A DNA stretch of 64,000 nt from Selaginella moellendorffii (GCF_000143415.4 NW_003314297.1:969430-1033429); one strand, 5' to 3'; positions 35,663 to 48,699 are shown, numbered from the stretch's first letter. Translations and numbers: made by a program. Notes: generated by a model from the letters alone, not told the origin.

Positions 35663-36971
35663 ATGAGCGCATTTAGGCTCCCTCCTCGAGCCGCGAGGCT
35701 TGTTCTCGTCAAATCCCACCGCTGTGTGAGAGATTTCCATCGTTTTCCGCCGCAGAGAATGACTGCCAGCCGCTTGTTCTGCTCGCTAAAACTTGGGAGA
35801 GTGAGTGAGCTGTGTAGTGGGAGTGGTAGTAGGCGTCCAAAGCATCATCGGCCTCCTCCTTCCTGGTCCTCACTCTTGTCAAGATTTGCTTCAGGATGTA
35901 AGGACAAAGACTCGACCGGAGCGTCGCCCTCGGACATCGCCAGTGGCCTCAACGAGGTATTGGAGCTCTTTCTTTTCTTTGTTATCTATGCTCGTAAGTT
36001 CCATCTTCGTGTTGTAAATATCTACGCTCGTAGGTTTCTTCTTCAATCCCTATGTGTGCTGTAAGCTTCTTTCCTTGTTCTTCTTTGTTTATGTTCTTGA
36101 TTTCCTTGTTCTTCTTATGAATCTATATCTATGCTCGTAAGTTTCTTAAGCTTCTTTTCCTAGTTCTCTTTCATGTTCTTACTGGTTGGCTCTTCATGTT
36201 CCAGGTGAAAATGATGACGCAGCTCGAGGAGGCACTGGGGACGCCTTTCGATGTCGGGCCTCAAGTTCCGGCACCAAAGCCTCTGGTAATTGTCATCAGT
36301 GGCCCAAGCGGTGTTGGCAAAGACTCTGTCATCAAGGTTTGTGGATTGTCTGGTTTCTCGGGCTGATTTCTCCATGGTTGTGTCTTGTGTAGAGGCTTCA
36401 AGAAGTGAGGAAGGAGATACATTTCGTGGTGACCGCCACTAGCAGGCAAAAGCGTCCCGGAGAAGTTCATGGTGTCGACTACTACTTCGTCAGCAAGGAA
36501 GAGTTTGAGGAGATGATTGACAAGAATGAGCTCTTGGAGCATGCACTGGTCTACGGAGATTATAAAGGGATTCCTAAGAAACAAGTAAGCTGGTCTATCT
36601 ATCTCTCCTTCGGTGTTTCTAATTTCATGTAGGTGCGAGATTGCTTGGCCAAAGGGAAGGACGTCGTTTTGAGAGTTGACGTCCAAGGGGCTGCCACAGT
36701 TCGCTCGATACTCGGCTCCAACGCCGTTTTCATCTACATCGTCGCAGAGTCGGAGTTTGCTCTGGTGAAGAGACTGATAGAAAGAAAGACGGAGAGCATG
36801 GAGAAGCTGGTGGTGAGAGTAGCAACCGCAAGAGACGAGCTCAAGAGACTGGAAGAGTTTGATTACGCGGTGGTTAACTCGGACGGGCAACTAGAGAGAT
36901 CAGTGAACGCCATATGCGGGATCATCGACGCGGAAAAGTCTAGAGTGATTCAGAAGCTGGCAAGCATCTAG
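35663..36971 (+). CDS. Guanylate kinase, organellar type (transit-peptide-like N-terminus)
   Basis: [48 protein letters not shown]. Confidence 0.93.
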
Positions 36972-37216
36972 TCGGCAAGTCATTTTCTTTTTTCGTTTTC
37001 TTTTCCTCTTATATTCGAAGGCCCCATGCATTTTGATACTTCTCTCGATCTCAAGGTTCGCTTTATGGAAAGTTTTCTTCTTGCCTTCGAAGCTGCTTGC
37101 TAACGTTTTCTTCAAGCACGAACGATTCCCGAGCCACCGAATAAAGGTAACAACAAACTTTCTCTTTTGTCACTTGAAGAAAATACTAACGCAGATCTCC
37201 TCTTGCATAGATATCC

Positions 37217-38581
37217 ATGAAGAAATCAGTAGCAACAGCAAGTCTGTATTGCTTTCTGGTATCCGGTATGGCGCTGCTGTTCTTTCGCAACTCGAGTCCA
37301 GGAACTCGGGAGCAAACCTCTCAAGAACTTTCACTGGGAAAGAACAGCAGCGTAGACGGCTGCAAAGGCAAGAGGGTCTTCGTCTACAATCTCCCCAGTG
37401 AATTCAACTCGCAGCTGCTCGAGCGATGCAACTCGGGCATTGTCAACTGGCTCAACTTCTGCGATCACGTCTCCAACGACGGATTTGGACAGCCAGTGCC
37501 ACAGGAGTTCGAGCCGCTGCTGGGAAAAGGGTGGTACAAGACCGACTCATACATGCTCGAGGTGATCTTCCACCGGAGAATGGCGAGCTACGAGTGCCTC
37601 ACAGACGATCCAGCTCGAGCAAACGCGTTCTACGTCCCATACTACGCCGGGCTGGACGCCTTGCACTACCTCTACAACCCCGGCGCCAACAAGAGCTTGC
37701 ATGGAGCCGGGGTGGCGGAGTGGCTCGAGAGGAACGCCGCGAGGAAGTTTTGGGATGAAGAACAGGGCGGCGGCGGTCGAGACCACTTCATGGTGATGGG
37801 AAGAACAGCCTGGGACTTTGGAGCTGGATCAAACCCGGACCTTGATCGCTGGGGGACGCCGATCCTCGCGTCTCCAAAGTTCTCGAGCATGAGCGTGCTG
37901 TTCGTGGAGAAGAATCCGTGGGATCCTCGTCGCCGGCAACACGCGGTACCATACCCGACTGCGTTCCATCCGGGCTCTCGCGGCGAGCTGGGCGATTGGA
38001 TCGCGAGAGTCCGGGGCTCGCGGAGGAGCTACTTGTTCGCGTTCGCGGGGGCTCCGCGGCCATCGCAGGAGGCGAGCATCCGGAGCTTACTGCTGGATCA
38101 GTGCGTGGGCGATGCGAGCGCGCGGTGCAAATTCGTCGACTGTGGTGAGCGGCGCTGCGGACACGATCCGGCGCCCATCGCCGCGGCGTTTCTCAGCGCG
38201 GATTTTTGCCTCCAGCCGCGCGGCGATAGCGCCACTCGACGATCCGTGTTTGATGCCATCGTCGCCGGGTGTATCCCGGTGTTCTTCCACGAGGACTCGG
38301 CATATTCTCAGTACACGTGGCATCTTCCGGACGATCCGCGTGGCTACTCTGTGTTCGTCCGTGAGGAGGAGATCAAGGGCGGGAATGTGAGCATCTCCGA
38401 GGTTCTTGGGAGGTTCCCGCGCGAGGAGGTGGCCGCAATGAGAGCGCGCTTGCTGGAGATGGCGCCCAGATTGATCTACGCGCGCGGGGGAGGGTCTGAT
38501 CGGCTGGAGGGTGATGCGTTTGATGTTGCGATCCAGCGGGTTTTGGAGGAAGCAGCCCATGGGTCGATCGCTCGAGGCTGA
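37217..38581 (+). CDS. GT47 (exostosin family) glycosyltransferase, xyloglucan galactosyltransferase-like
   Basis: VYNLPSEFN, WYKTDSYMLEVIFHRRM, FYVPYYAGLD, GRDHF, GRTAWDF, PYPTAFHP, FCLQPRGDSATRRSVFD, GCIPVFF. Confidence 0.95.
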   Translation: MKKSVATASLYCFLVSGMALLFFRNSSPGTREQTSQELSLGKNSSVDGCKGKRVFVYNLPSEFNSQLLERCNSGIVNWLNFCDHVSNDGFGQPVPQEFEPLLGKGWYKTDSYMLEVIFHRRMASYECLTDDPARANAFYVPYYAGLDALHYLYNPGANKSLHGAGVAEWLERNAARKFWDEEQGGGGRDHFMVMGRTAWDFGAGSNPDLDRWGTPILASPKFSSMSVLFVEKNPWDPRRRQHAVPYPTAFHPGSRGELGDWIARVRGSRRSYLFAFAGAPRPSQEASIRSLLLDQCVGDASARCKFVDCGERRCGHDPAPIAAAFLSADFCLQPRGDSATRRSVFDAIVAGCIPVFFHEDSAYSQYTWHLPDDPRGYSVFVREEEIKGGNVSISEVLGRFPREEVAAMRARLLEMAPRLIYARGGGSDRLEGDAFDVAIQRVLEEAAHGSIARG

Positions 38582-38586
38582 AATTG

Positions 38587-40305
38587 ATGAATGGAATCGA
38601 GAGAGTTTCTTTCTTCTTCCTCTCCTCTCGAATTGATGTGTTTGCCGCGAATAAGATGATCGAGAAGCACGGCAGGAGTGGAAGCGTCCATCGCGCGCTC
38701 GAGATCTTTCGCGAGTTGGGATCGCGGAGGGATTCCTTCAGCTGGGATCTGATGCTCGTGGCGGCGCTTCGCAGCGATCGACTCCAGTTGGCGCGGGAGC
38801 TCTTGGCAGCGATGCCGATCCTCACGCCCTGTTCGTGCTCCGCGATGATCACCGCATTGGGTGAGTGTGGGCATTTGCGAGAAGCCGAGCTCTTGTTTGA
38901 TCGGTTTCCGGGAAGGAATCTTATTGTCTGGACCGCACTGCTGGGTGCGTTTGCACGAAATGGTGGCATTAGCCAGGCAGGGGCTCTGTTTGATTTGATG
39001 CCAATGCGAGATTTATATGCATGGAACACAATGCTCATTGCAAATGCCAAAGCTGGGCATCTTACAAAATGTAGGGAGCTCTTTGAAGAGATCCCAGAAA
39101 TTAGTATTATATCTTGCACAATAATTATTAGAGAGTTTACAGATCACTCCTTTTGTTTGGATTTTGTAGCTACAGTGTTTGATCAGATGAAATACAGAGA
39201 TCAAGCTTGCTGGAACGCCATGATTTTTGCATATGCCGAAGATGGTCAACTGTATACTGCTAGGAAACTGTTTGATTCTTGTCCCGGGCATGACTTAATC
39301 TCCTGGAACACGATTCTTGCGGCTTATGCTCGGGCAGAAAACCTTCTCGAAGCAAAAGGAATTTTTGATACGATGCCAGAGCTCAACACGGAGTCCTGGA
39401 ATACAATGCTCTGGGCATATGCCTTGAAAGGGCATCTTGAGGAATCTAAATCCGTGTACCAAAACATGCCGGTTCATAGCCTCCGGTCTTCCACCACAAT
39501 GCTGGCCGCTCTAGCGAATAGTTCCAAACATTTGGGAGACGCAAGGAATATTTTTCATCAACTTCCATTTGTCGATCTTGTCTCGTGCAATGTAATGGTT
39601 GCAACTTTGGCCCGTAATGGAGTGCTCGAGGAAGCACGTCATCTTCATGGCTCCACACTCCCCGTCCAAGATTCCTTCTCCTGCACGGCCATGCTTGTGG
39701 CATATGCCACAACTGGGCATTTGGGAGAGTCATTACAACTATTCCATGGAATCCTGTTCAAGGATCTTGCCAGCTGGACCGCGATGCTTGTCGCATATGC
39801 CCAGGAAGGGCATCTCGATCTCGCTAGATCTATATTCGACAAAATGCCGGAGCATAGCCTGGTTTCGTGTAGCGCGATGCTAAATGCCTACTCGCAAAAC
39901 GGGCAGTTTACCATGGCACTGGAGCTTTTCTACGAGGCCAATCTCATCGTAGATCATGACAATGCCTCATTCTCCCCAATCTTAATCTCTTCCAGCAGCA
40001 GTGGCGTCAACACCAGCAAGAGATTCTTCCTTTCCATGAAATTTGATCATAGCCTGGAACCCACAAAGCAGCACTATTCTTGCTTGTTAGGCATCTTTGC
40101 CAGGGCTGGGTATCTTGACGACGCAAGAGAACTCTTGACGACCATGGCATTTGCGCCAGATTCCCTGGAATGGAGATGCCTTCTATCGAATTGCATTGCC
40201 CACAATGATCTTGCCATTGGATCCTTGGCGGCCGCACAGCTTGGTGGAGAAGATGTGACTGCCTACACACTCTTTGCAAATGCCCTAAACCATACACAGC
40301 GATAG
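38587..40305 (+). CDS. PLS-class PPR protein with partial E domain (start uncertain)
   Basis: Arrayed FD.MP.RD..SWN.ML.AYA repeats; HYSCLLGIFARAGYLDDA..MAFAPDSLEWRCLL; no DYW domain. Confidence 0.85.
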   Translation: MNGIERVSFFFLSSRIDVFAANKMIEKHGRSGSVHRALEIFRELGSRRDSFSWDLMLVAALRSDRLQLARELLAAMPILTPCSCSAMITALGECGHLREAELLFDRFPGRNLIVWTALLGAFARNGGISQAGALFDLMPMRDLYAWNTMLIANAKAGHLTKCRELFEEIPEISIISCTIIIREFTDHSFCLDFVATVFDQMKYRDQACWNAMIFAYAEDGQLYTARKLFDSCPGHDLISWNTILAAYARAENLLEAKGIFDTMPELNTESWNTMLWAYALKGHLEESKSVYQNMPVHSLRSSTTMLAALANSSKHLGDARNIFHQLPFVDLVSCNVMVATLARNGVLEEARHLHGSTLPVQDSFSCTAMLVAYATTGHLGESLQLFHGILFKDLASWTAMLVAYAQEGHLDLARSIFDKMPEHSLVSCSAMLNAYSQNGQFTMALELFYEANLIVDHDNASFSPILISSSSSGVNTSKRFFLSMKFDHSLEPTKQHYSCLLGIFARAGYLDDARELLTTMAFAPDSLEWRCLLSNCIAHNDLAIGSLAAAQLGGEDVTAYTLFANALNHTQR

Positions 40306-41019
40306 AAAAATGTGGTCCCCGGGTTCGTTGTACAAGTTAGAATAGTTCCCAAGGTTATATATTCGATTTTTTTGTTATTGCTGGAACATCAATGTTCTAA
40401 CCATGTGCTGCGTAAAGTTTGGTTAAAGTACGACATCAATGATGCAATGCTAGATCAACACAGCAATGCTGATTGTGATTTTTACCTTGCAGTGGAAAAA
40501 ATCACTCAAAAAGGTAAAAGGTGTGTTGTGAAAAACAGCTGGCCGGTAATTAACAAGAGACAATGACGTACCAGCCTATACGTTCCCTTGATTTACTTGT
40601 CTGTGCTGTGGGATAATATGGGAAATTATAGGCTGGTGTTCGGAAAGACTGCATGCTCTTCCATTCCTTTCCTCTATGAAAGTATGAAAGCCCCACACAC
40701 AACCGACCCTTTCTCGTGTTTATACTTCCTTCGTTTAGGGCTTTGAATGGAGCAGCGGCATTTAAGAGAGGAGCGTGGCGCCTTGAATCGCGTCTCCAGC
40801 AAGCGCAGCAGCGGTAGCGACAATCCATCAAGATCGATGGAGATCACAAGGCGCTCGTGCTCGTGTTCCCGGCCGCGAAATATCTAGCGCCGGTAAGCTC
40901 GGATTTTACCTCTCGGAGCTTTCGTTCTCTCTTCTTTCTCGGGGATTTCGAGCGATTTCTTATTCCCTTGATTGATCTCCAGGTTCCGGGCGAAATTTCT
41001 TAGCGGATAAGCGGAAATT

Positions 41020-41106
41020 ATGATGGATCGCCAGAGCAGCTGCGTGCCTTGTCCTTGCCCTGTCAGTGCCAGATTCCACCCTCATTCCTTCTTTGCCGTG
41101 GAATAG
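41020..41106 (+). CDS. Candidate peptide uORF in the NEK6 leader (MMDRQSSCVPCPCPVSARFHPHSFFAVE)
   Basis: 28-aa ATG-TAG frame at the start of leader exon 2, about 370 nt upstream of the main ATG. Confidence 0.5.
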   Translation: MMDRQSSCVPCPCPVSARFHPHSFFAVE

Positions 41107-41472
41107 ACCAGCTCGCTAACGCGACGGTGTGTCGGCAAGCCGCAGCTCTTCTGATCAGAGGCCCACAGGAAACTCAATGCCGGATGGAAAGGTTATAGAG
41201 ACAAAGCTATAGTCCCCACTCCCTCGACGCGATTATGCTCCTTGTGGAACAGGCTATGGCGGACAGGTTACGGTACTCAGTGAAGAGAGTTCTCTCCGGA
41301 TCTTCGTCCGGGCAATGCAGATCTACCAAGATGAGATAGCGGGCTTGTAATGTAGGTGGCTCAAGTTTCTTTGGATCAAGGGAAGGGGAGTTCTTTAAAG
41401 AGGGAGCGTTATGGCGTGCATTTAGTTTCTTGAGGAGCAGACCACACAGGGTAACAGGAAAAGGCGGATTCA

Positions 41473-44400
41473 ATGGCAATGGAGTCCAGGATGGATCAGT
41501 ACGAGATTATGGAGCAGGTTGGGAGAGGGGCATTTGGTTCTGCGATACTCGTCAATCACAAAATCGAGAAGAAGAAGTGAGTGCTGAGAATTGGCTAAGA
41601 TTTTTCTTCTTGGCTGATGAAGTGTGTTCTCTTGCAGATATGTGTTGAAGAAAATCAGGCTTGCGCGACAGACTGATAGGTGCAGGAGATCTGCTCATCA
41701 AGAGGTAAAGCCTTTTCCTTTCTGGATTCCTTTCACGAGACAGAATTTGTGTAAATTTCGAAGATGGCACTTATCGCTGGGATAACTCATCCATACATTG
41801 TCGACCACAAGGAATCCTGGGTCGAAAAGGTGAGTGTTGCTCTTTGATCTGTTCAGCTTATGGACTATAACTGGATGTAACAGGGATGCTATGTTTGCAT
41901 CGTTACTGGATATTGTGAAGGGGGTGATATGTAAGTCATTTGAACCGTAAGAGGGTGCTCCTTTACGTCTCTATAGAGCACTAAAATGAGTTTGATTTCT
42001 TGCCAGGGCCGAGATGATCAGAAGATCCAACGGAACGTTCTTTCCTGAAGAGGTTTTATAGCTCTATCCATAGCAACAAGAAGCAATCACCACTTTTGAA
42101 ATTTTGCAGAAGCTGTGCAGGTGGTTTACGCAGCTTCTTCTAGCTGTGGAATACCTTCATTCGAATCACGTACTACATCGTGACTTGAAGGTAGGCACCG
42201 TTTTGAACGCTGACAGAATTTGGTTTCAAGCTCTTCTACTTTTCAGTGCTCGAACATATTTTTGACGAAAGATCAAGACATTCGACTTGGTATGCCAGTT
42301 TCAGTTCATTTTGCGTGCTACTTGCTGACGCATATTTTTTATATGAGCAGGAGATTTTGGCCTTGCCAAATTGCTTAAAGCAGATGATCTAGCTTCATCT
42401 GTAAGTTCTATACTGTTTTCTCAGCCAATTTGACAGGAAGAAAACATTGCAGGTGGTTGGGACCCCAAATTATATGTGCCCGGAACTTCTTGCCGACATC
42501 CCATATGGCTTCAAATCAGATATATGGTCGTTAGGTATGCTGATGATGGTTCCAAGCTTGTCGCATTGATTTTCTTGATCTTTTGAAATGCTAGGATGTT
42601 GTATGTATGAGATGGCTGCTCACCGACCTGCTTTCAAAGCCTTCGTAAGTTATGCACCAAAGCTTTCCCAATGATTTACCAATTTATCTTGCAGGATATG
42701 CAAGGATTGATCAGTAAAATCAACAAGTCTACTGTAGGACCTCTACCCAACAACTATTCCAATACCTTGTAAGTCTTTATAAAGCGTAGCGTCCTCTTAT
42801 TACTTAGTGTTACTTGCCTGCAGAAAGTCCATAATCAGGAGCATGCTGAGGAAAAATCCAGAACATCGTCCAACGGTAGGTTGTAGGCATGTTTTATATT
42901 TGTTCTAATGGATTTATAAATCAATAGGCAGGAGATCTGCTTCGTCATCCACATCTGCAGGCACATGTTACACTATGCCAAACTCAAGTTAGCCTTCTCA
43001 AATCTTCTACACCGGATAAGCAGTCAAAACACCGACCTCAAAACGGAGATGCCAGTCGAATAAGCAACTCGAGCAGTGGCAAGGACAGCTATAACAGTGG
43101 AAAGAGCAGTCCTTGTAGAACTTTCGACTCTAGTGATTGTCGCTGGGGTGGTGCTCAGGATAACATGGTAGATTGCTCCAGTCCAATATGGAACGACGCT
43201 GCTTCTGGAAAAGAAACGTCGAGATCGTCCAGTCAGTACCTTTCGGCCAATGCCTTGCCACTGTCACCGACAGAAGATACGGATCTACAAGACGTAGCAT
43301 GGGCCGAAGACAGCCGCATGGGAAAGCGGCACCACTGTGCTATTTCGAAGGGAACGGAAAACACCTCGACTGAAAAGGATGAGGGGGATGAGAAGTTTCC
43401 AATCAGCAGCTCACCGGCTAGAGTGACTCATGTTAGCCGTGCTATAGCTTCTCCGCCTTCCCGGACTCCTGAAAGATCGAGAATGAAAACAGACGTCGGG
43501 TACAAAGCAACTCAAATACCACTACCAAAGCACATAGTAAGCTTTGTTTGCTATTATTATGTTTCTTACTGGTGCTTACTTGTTCAGGCTAAAGTGAAAG
43601 CCGAGCTTGTTGCCACACCTGTCTTCGCTCTACAACCTGTCGAAGAAAAACTCCCAGCTGCAAAAGCCACACGTTCTCCGGCTTTTGGAAGTCCAGCTCA
43701 AAGGTCTACTATGCCGAAGGCGTCCGCTGGAAGAAGAAGCTCCTCGCCACTAAGAAGTCGAATTCCGGCAGCGAGCAACTTCCCGAACGGAACGCCTGTG
43801 AGCAACACGTACAAGAATCGAATTTTTGAGGACGCAGTATGCGATGCACCAGTCTCGACTGAGCCATCAAAACTCGCACCTTTCCATCCTCGGGTGGCGA
43901 ATACTACCAAACGCGGTGAGTTTGTTGTCGACGAGCAGCTTTCTTCTGTTCAGTCCGATTCGGATCAGGTACTTGGCTCGGTCAGTGGGGAGTCTCCAGA
44001 TGTTTCGATGAACGCACCAAGGCTGGATTTGATTCCAGAGTTCCCTCTCGCCAGAGCGGAAACTCTCTGTGGTGTTACCGAAGCAGTCGCCAGAGACTCG
44101 GCAGCAACTGACAGGTTTCAAGCTCCGGAACCATCAGTTGGGCAGTCTCACTTCAAAATGGAGTCTCCATGGCTGAGCTACAAGAAGATCGACTCTTCGC
44201 CAACTTTTCTAAGAATGAACGGGTTCCCGCCTCAGCCTCCATCTCCAGCACTCCCTGCGGTGATGCAACAAGAAAAGCCAAGCTACTCGTCGACGTGTGA
44301 CTATGAAGAAGACAATCTCCGGGAAAGCACCAAATCAGTGACCAAGCTGCTGAATAGTTTCCAGAGGGTGGACGCCGAGGACAAGCCAGAGGAGAAAGAA

Positions 44401-45153
44401 GCGATCCTCCGTCCGGAAACGCCGTGTGCATGCTCCGAAGACCAGGACAAGCCTGCGGCGGCCATGATGGATCGAGAGTGCGAGTCGGAAGAGCTGGCGG
44501 ACAGGTCGACGGAGAAGGAGACGGTCTCTTCCTCGTACAAGTCCTACGACTGCGAGAGCGAGCAAGGCGGCAGCAACAGGTCCCAGGAGAAAGGCACCAT
44601 ACAGGTCTACGACAAGTCCCCGGTCCAGGTCCGGCCAGCTTACAACGACGTGATTCACGTCATCCGCCACAGCACGTTTCGGATCGGATCGGGAGAGCAG
44701 CAGCAGCAGCAGCAGCAGCTGTCGGATCATCCGCTCGACAGCAGCGAGTTGGAGCTGCCAGGCAAAGTTGACATTGGATGCTCGGTGATCGAGCTCCAGA
44801 GCTCGGACAAGGACGTCCTCTCGGTCTCTTCGTCGGGTACGACGGTGAGCAGCAGCCATCCATGCCCGCCAACGCCGGAGGTGTTAGTGTCACAGCAGCA
44901 AGCAAGCGAGGAGAACCGATCGAGCAGCAAAGGGATCGACGTGAAATCGTTCCGGCAGAGGGCGGAGGCGCTGGAGGGGCTGCTGGAGCTGTGCGCGCAG
45001 CTGCTGTCGCAGCACCGGCTGGACGAGCTGGCCATCGTGCTGAGGCCGTTTGGCAGCGACAAGGTCTCTCCGCGCGAGACGGCCATCTGGCTTACGCGCA
45101 GCCTCAAGGGAGTTTTGCAAGCGGAGGATCACAACATCCCAGATCATACATAG
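41473..45153 (+). CDS. NEK6: NIMA-related kinase, NEK6-like
   Basis: [61 protein letters not shown]; plant NEK C-terminal motif [11 protein letters not shown]...[10 protein letters not shown]. Confidence 0.93.
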
Positions 45154-45242
45154 CTTTTTGTGAAAAAAAAAACAGATGATACGAATGCTTTGATATTGTT
45201 TTCATTCATAACCACACTCTCGCGCCAAATGAGGCCACAGAC

Positions 45243-45790
45243 TTGTCGGAAGAGCTGAGCGTGAAGATCTTCACGGCGGACATCATCTATCACTTGTTTG
45301 ACCGGTTCATCGCGTACTTGGCGAACGCAAAGGAGGGCGAGAGAAGGGATGCGGCCGAGGAGGGCGTATTCCCGTGCATTTGCCCAACTGCGCCTTCAAC
45401 AGTTGAATGGATTCGATCATTGTCGGGGTGGGCGTTGCAAAGGTTCATGCGCTCTTTCTTTGTTCTGATTCTCATGTTTTTTCTTCCCATGACCACGTTC
45501 CGGGGAAGGAGTTCGTCGATCTTGGCAGAATATGCGTCGCTGGAAATCAATCACAAGATGGTTGATGTTGCTGGGACGAGGTAGCAATGAAGGTAAGGTT
45601 TAACCTCTCTCGGGAGTTCTTCTGTGGACGAATTGTCTCAGATCATGGGTGAGAGGATGTTTGGAAGGGCCATATCACGCGGACGTGTTGAAAGCCAACT
45701 ACAAAGTACGTGTGCATGGTGAAACTCGCTGCATCTTAATGCTCATCTGTAGACTGAGCTTACAGGCGATGAGTGGAAGCTCGTTGTCTT
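45243..45790 (+). pseudogene. eIF5B C-terminal fragment (intron-containing, disrupted)
   Basis: VKIFTADIIYHLFD..AAEEGVFPC, EINHK, DVLKANY, EWKL. Confidence 0.85.
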
Positions 45791-45940
45791 ATTCATATTT
45801 GTCCAAAAAGGCCATTCGTTTACCGTACACATTGTAAGTACTTTAGACACTTTAATGCCCTAAAAAAGGAAGTGGTAAGCAAGCGAGTTTGAGCTGAAAT
45901 ACTCCGAGTCTGCGACTTTCTCTGGTACGTTTCTCTGACT

Positions 45941-47450
45941 ATGCGCAAAATCTCCACGCCACCGCCACAGCCACCGCCACCGCCGCCTCACCGGGAGCAC
46001 GCGCCGCCCAAACCATCGCCAAAGAGGGCGCCGACAACTTCATCTCCGCCACCAGAGAGGTCCCCGCGGGCGCCAGCCAAGAGGCACAGTCATTCACCAC
46101 CAAAGCCCACAGATGGACACCACTCACCGGCAATGCCACCAGCGAGTTCTCCTGAGCATCATGGAGCTGGACATCCACCACCGAGCCCTCCGCCCATAAA
46201 GAGACACCATGGACATCGACGAGCCGGTGATGGAACAGGGCCACCACCTTCTTCTTCGCCGCCCAACAAGCCCGAGACTGTAGCCTGGCGACCAAGGAGG
46301 GCCGGGTCGCCATCGCCACCACCTTCGAGCATAACGTGGAACCCAAGGCCGCCATCGCCACCACCTTCGACCATAACAAGGCCCCTTGGCTTGGGCACCT
46401 CTCCGCCTACTGCGTCGTCAGCACCATCTTCAGCAGCAGCAGCATTCGTGGCATCACCCGGTGTGCTCGCGGCAGGCATCGTCATGCTCCTGCTCGCGCT
46501 GGTAGCCATCGTCACCGGAGTCTGGATACTCTTGAAGAGGAGAAGGAACAAGGTGCACGACGACATCTTGGTGGAGTATGGCCATCAGCCTGGCAGTGGC
46601 AACAGCAGCAGCAGCAGCAGCTAGCAGGAGCACCTCATTAATATTCTCCCGACCAAAGTATTGCCTCGACCATCTTCGCAGTTGAATGCCGGTAGGAAGA
46701 AGGCGGATGCTGACCCCCGAATTCGCGAGCTCCTGAGGCCACCAAAGCGACTGCCACCGTCTGCTCTTCCCGCTGGTGCTCGCCACAAGTCTGCATCCGG
46801 AAACGATCCACTCTTTCGTGCTGCTGATCCAGTACATGACCAGCAGGGAAGCCGGGAAAACGTCATGATGGAGGATCCTCTCGTCGTCTTTCCTGCGTAT
46901 GAAGTTGACGAGCAGCCAAGGCTGTTCTCAGCCACTCCGGAGGATGATCCACTCTTCTCGACTGGTGGCTACTCTCATCATCCAGCAGGCGAGAAAATGG
47001 CTCCAAACGAGCTCCCAGTGCGCCTATCATCTGGACACGACGGGGTTCCAGAGCAGTTTCATGGACGGGAACAAGGACGAAAGGTGGCGGATCGTTCTGG
47101 CACCGTGTTCGATCCTGGAGATGTCGCAGCACTGGCAAAGTAGCGGGCTCAGATGGAGAAACAAATGCAGAAGTTCATCATGATGGAGCCCCGCATCCGG
47201 CCTTTTTCCCACAGGTTAGTAGTCTCTGCACTTGAGCTGACAATATGGACTGATGAAGCTGAATCGATCATGTGGAGAACAGCCCCGAGATCACGAGCAA
47301 CGAGAACCTCGTCCGGAAAGTGACAGCCAATGATCCCAAGCGGGTCAAGAGTAATTTGGAGCTGGAGCCATCTGCTCCGGGGCACGCTTCTCTGACAGGT
47401 GAAAACGCCGACCAGGTACGAGCCTTTCTGTATCCTGGTGAATTCTTCCA
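45941..47450 (+). pseudogene. Proline-rich single-pass membrane protein, copy A (two in-frame TAG)
   Basis: SPPP-rich N-terminus, TM GVLAAGIVMLLLALVAIVTGVWILL followed by KRRR; TAG at 46622 and 47141 where paralogs have sense codons; 3' end approximate. Confidence 0.7.
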
Positions 47451-47859
47451 CCTCTGAGAGACAGGGAATTTGACGAGGTACGTTTCGTCGAAGTCAATTT
47501 GTATAGATGTTACTCTTTGATTGCAGGCACTGCAAGAGACAAAACCAAGTGAAAAACAAATAGAATGAAGAGCGAAAGCTCGTCATTTATCTGGCTTTCG
47601 GCTTGAGTAAGTCACAGGAAGGTCCTTTTACCTTCCTCGCTTTTCGTCAGGGTACAAAAGTTTAAGAAGAACCATCAATCATTGATATACAATTAACCAG
47701 GATGATCACATATTTATTTTTTTCAAATTTTAGAAATCTAAACTATAGATGCTTTGTTATGCTGTAGTTGGTATTGATTAGACGACACCAGAAATCCTAC
47801 GGCCTCTCAGTTTGTTTTTCTCATGTAACTCAAATCAAATTCCATGGTCGTTTTGGTCG

Positions 47860-48200
47860 CAGGCGCCCAGAATGGCCATTTTGGAGCGGTGTTTGTTATT
47901 GGCGATGTTCTCCCTCACGTGCCTCCCAGATTGTGGGAAGAGCCAAAGGGATGTACATCAACGATGATTCCACCATCACAACCGGTTTGTTCTTGACATT
48001 CGTGGCTGCGTTCAAGGATGGGATATACGCTCTCTATGACATGATCCTAGGTGGCAATAGTGCCACCTCACTGAATCCAGGTGAAATATATTTTAGCTAT
48101 CCTTGAGCTATCCTTGTCCGTTGTAACTTGTGCAGATCTCTTCAATCTTTGATGAAGATTGCGGTAATTGGAGGCTCCGGAGCTTTTTGCATCGGGATAT
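47860..48200 (+). pseudogene. Dirigent-domain gene relic
   Basis: FGAVFVIGDVL, QIVGRAKGMY and IAVIGGSGAF resemble the dirigent motifs FG.V.V.DD, VGRAQG.Y and VVGGTG.F; frameshifted. Confidence 0.65.
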
Positions 48201-48699
48201 TCGCAGATCAAGACCTACACGCTCATTCTTTTCGGCAATCTTGCACTATCAAGTGTTAACTCATCATGTCAAAATTGAACATATATCTCCAACGTCCCTC
48301 TTTTAGCTTTTACAAACTCAAAGTTCCATACAACTTCGATGCTAATATACTCCTAATACACGCTCCAGAGTTCTTATCTTCCATTTCGACCATAGACTTG
48401 GTACGATTGCACGCTGCAAGAAAAGTAGGTAAATGCTACATCGTCTCTTCTGACTGGCAGGCTCTTGACAATCTCTTGGGCAATCCAGCACGTCGATCAC
48501 GCATCAGCGACAGGACCCTCGCGAATGAAAGTGATTATCAAGGTATTATAAGTTTAAAACTATTTTATAAATACTTTTCTGTTACTAATGAAATCTTGTT
48601 AAAGTTACGCTCGTGCACAAGCTAATGAACGAATTTGCTGTTCATCAAGACAATGGACGCCAAGGTGGACGTGTCCGGGCTCGTCTCCTAAATCCGGAG

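Noticed and set aside
35957-36204. Long guanylate kinase intron as an ncRNA host
   Set aside because: Length is explained by degenerate TATCTATGCTCGTAAGTT repeats; no snoRNA boxes.
46622-47143. Programmed read-through or RNA editing of the two TAG codons in copy A
   Set aside because: Paralogs have sense codons there, the context is not UAG-CAR-YYA, and plant C/U editing is organellar.
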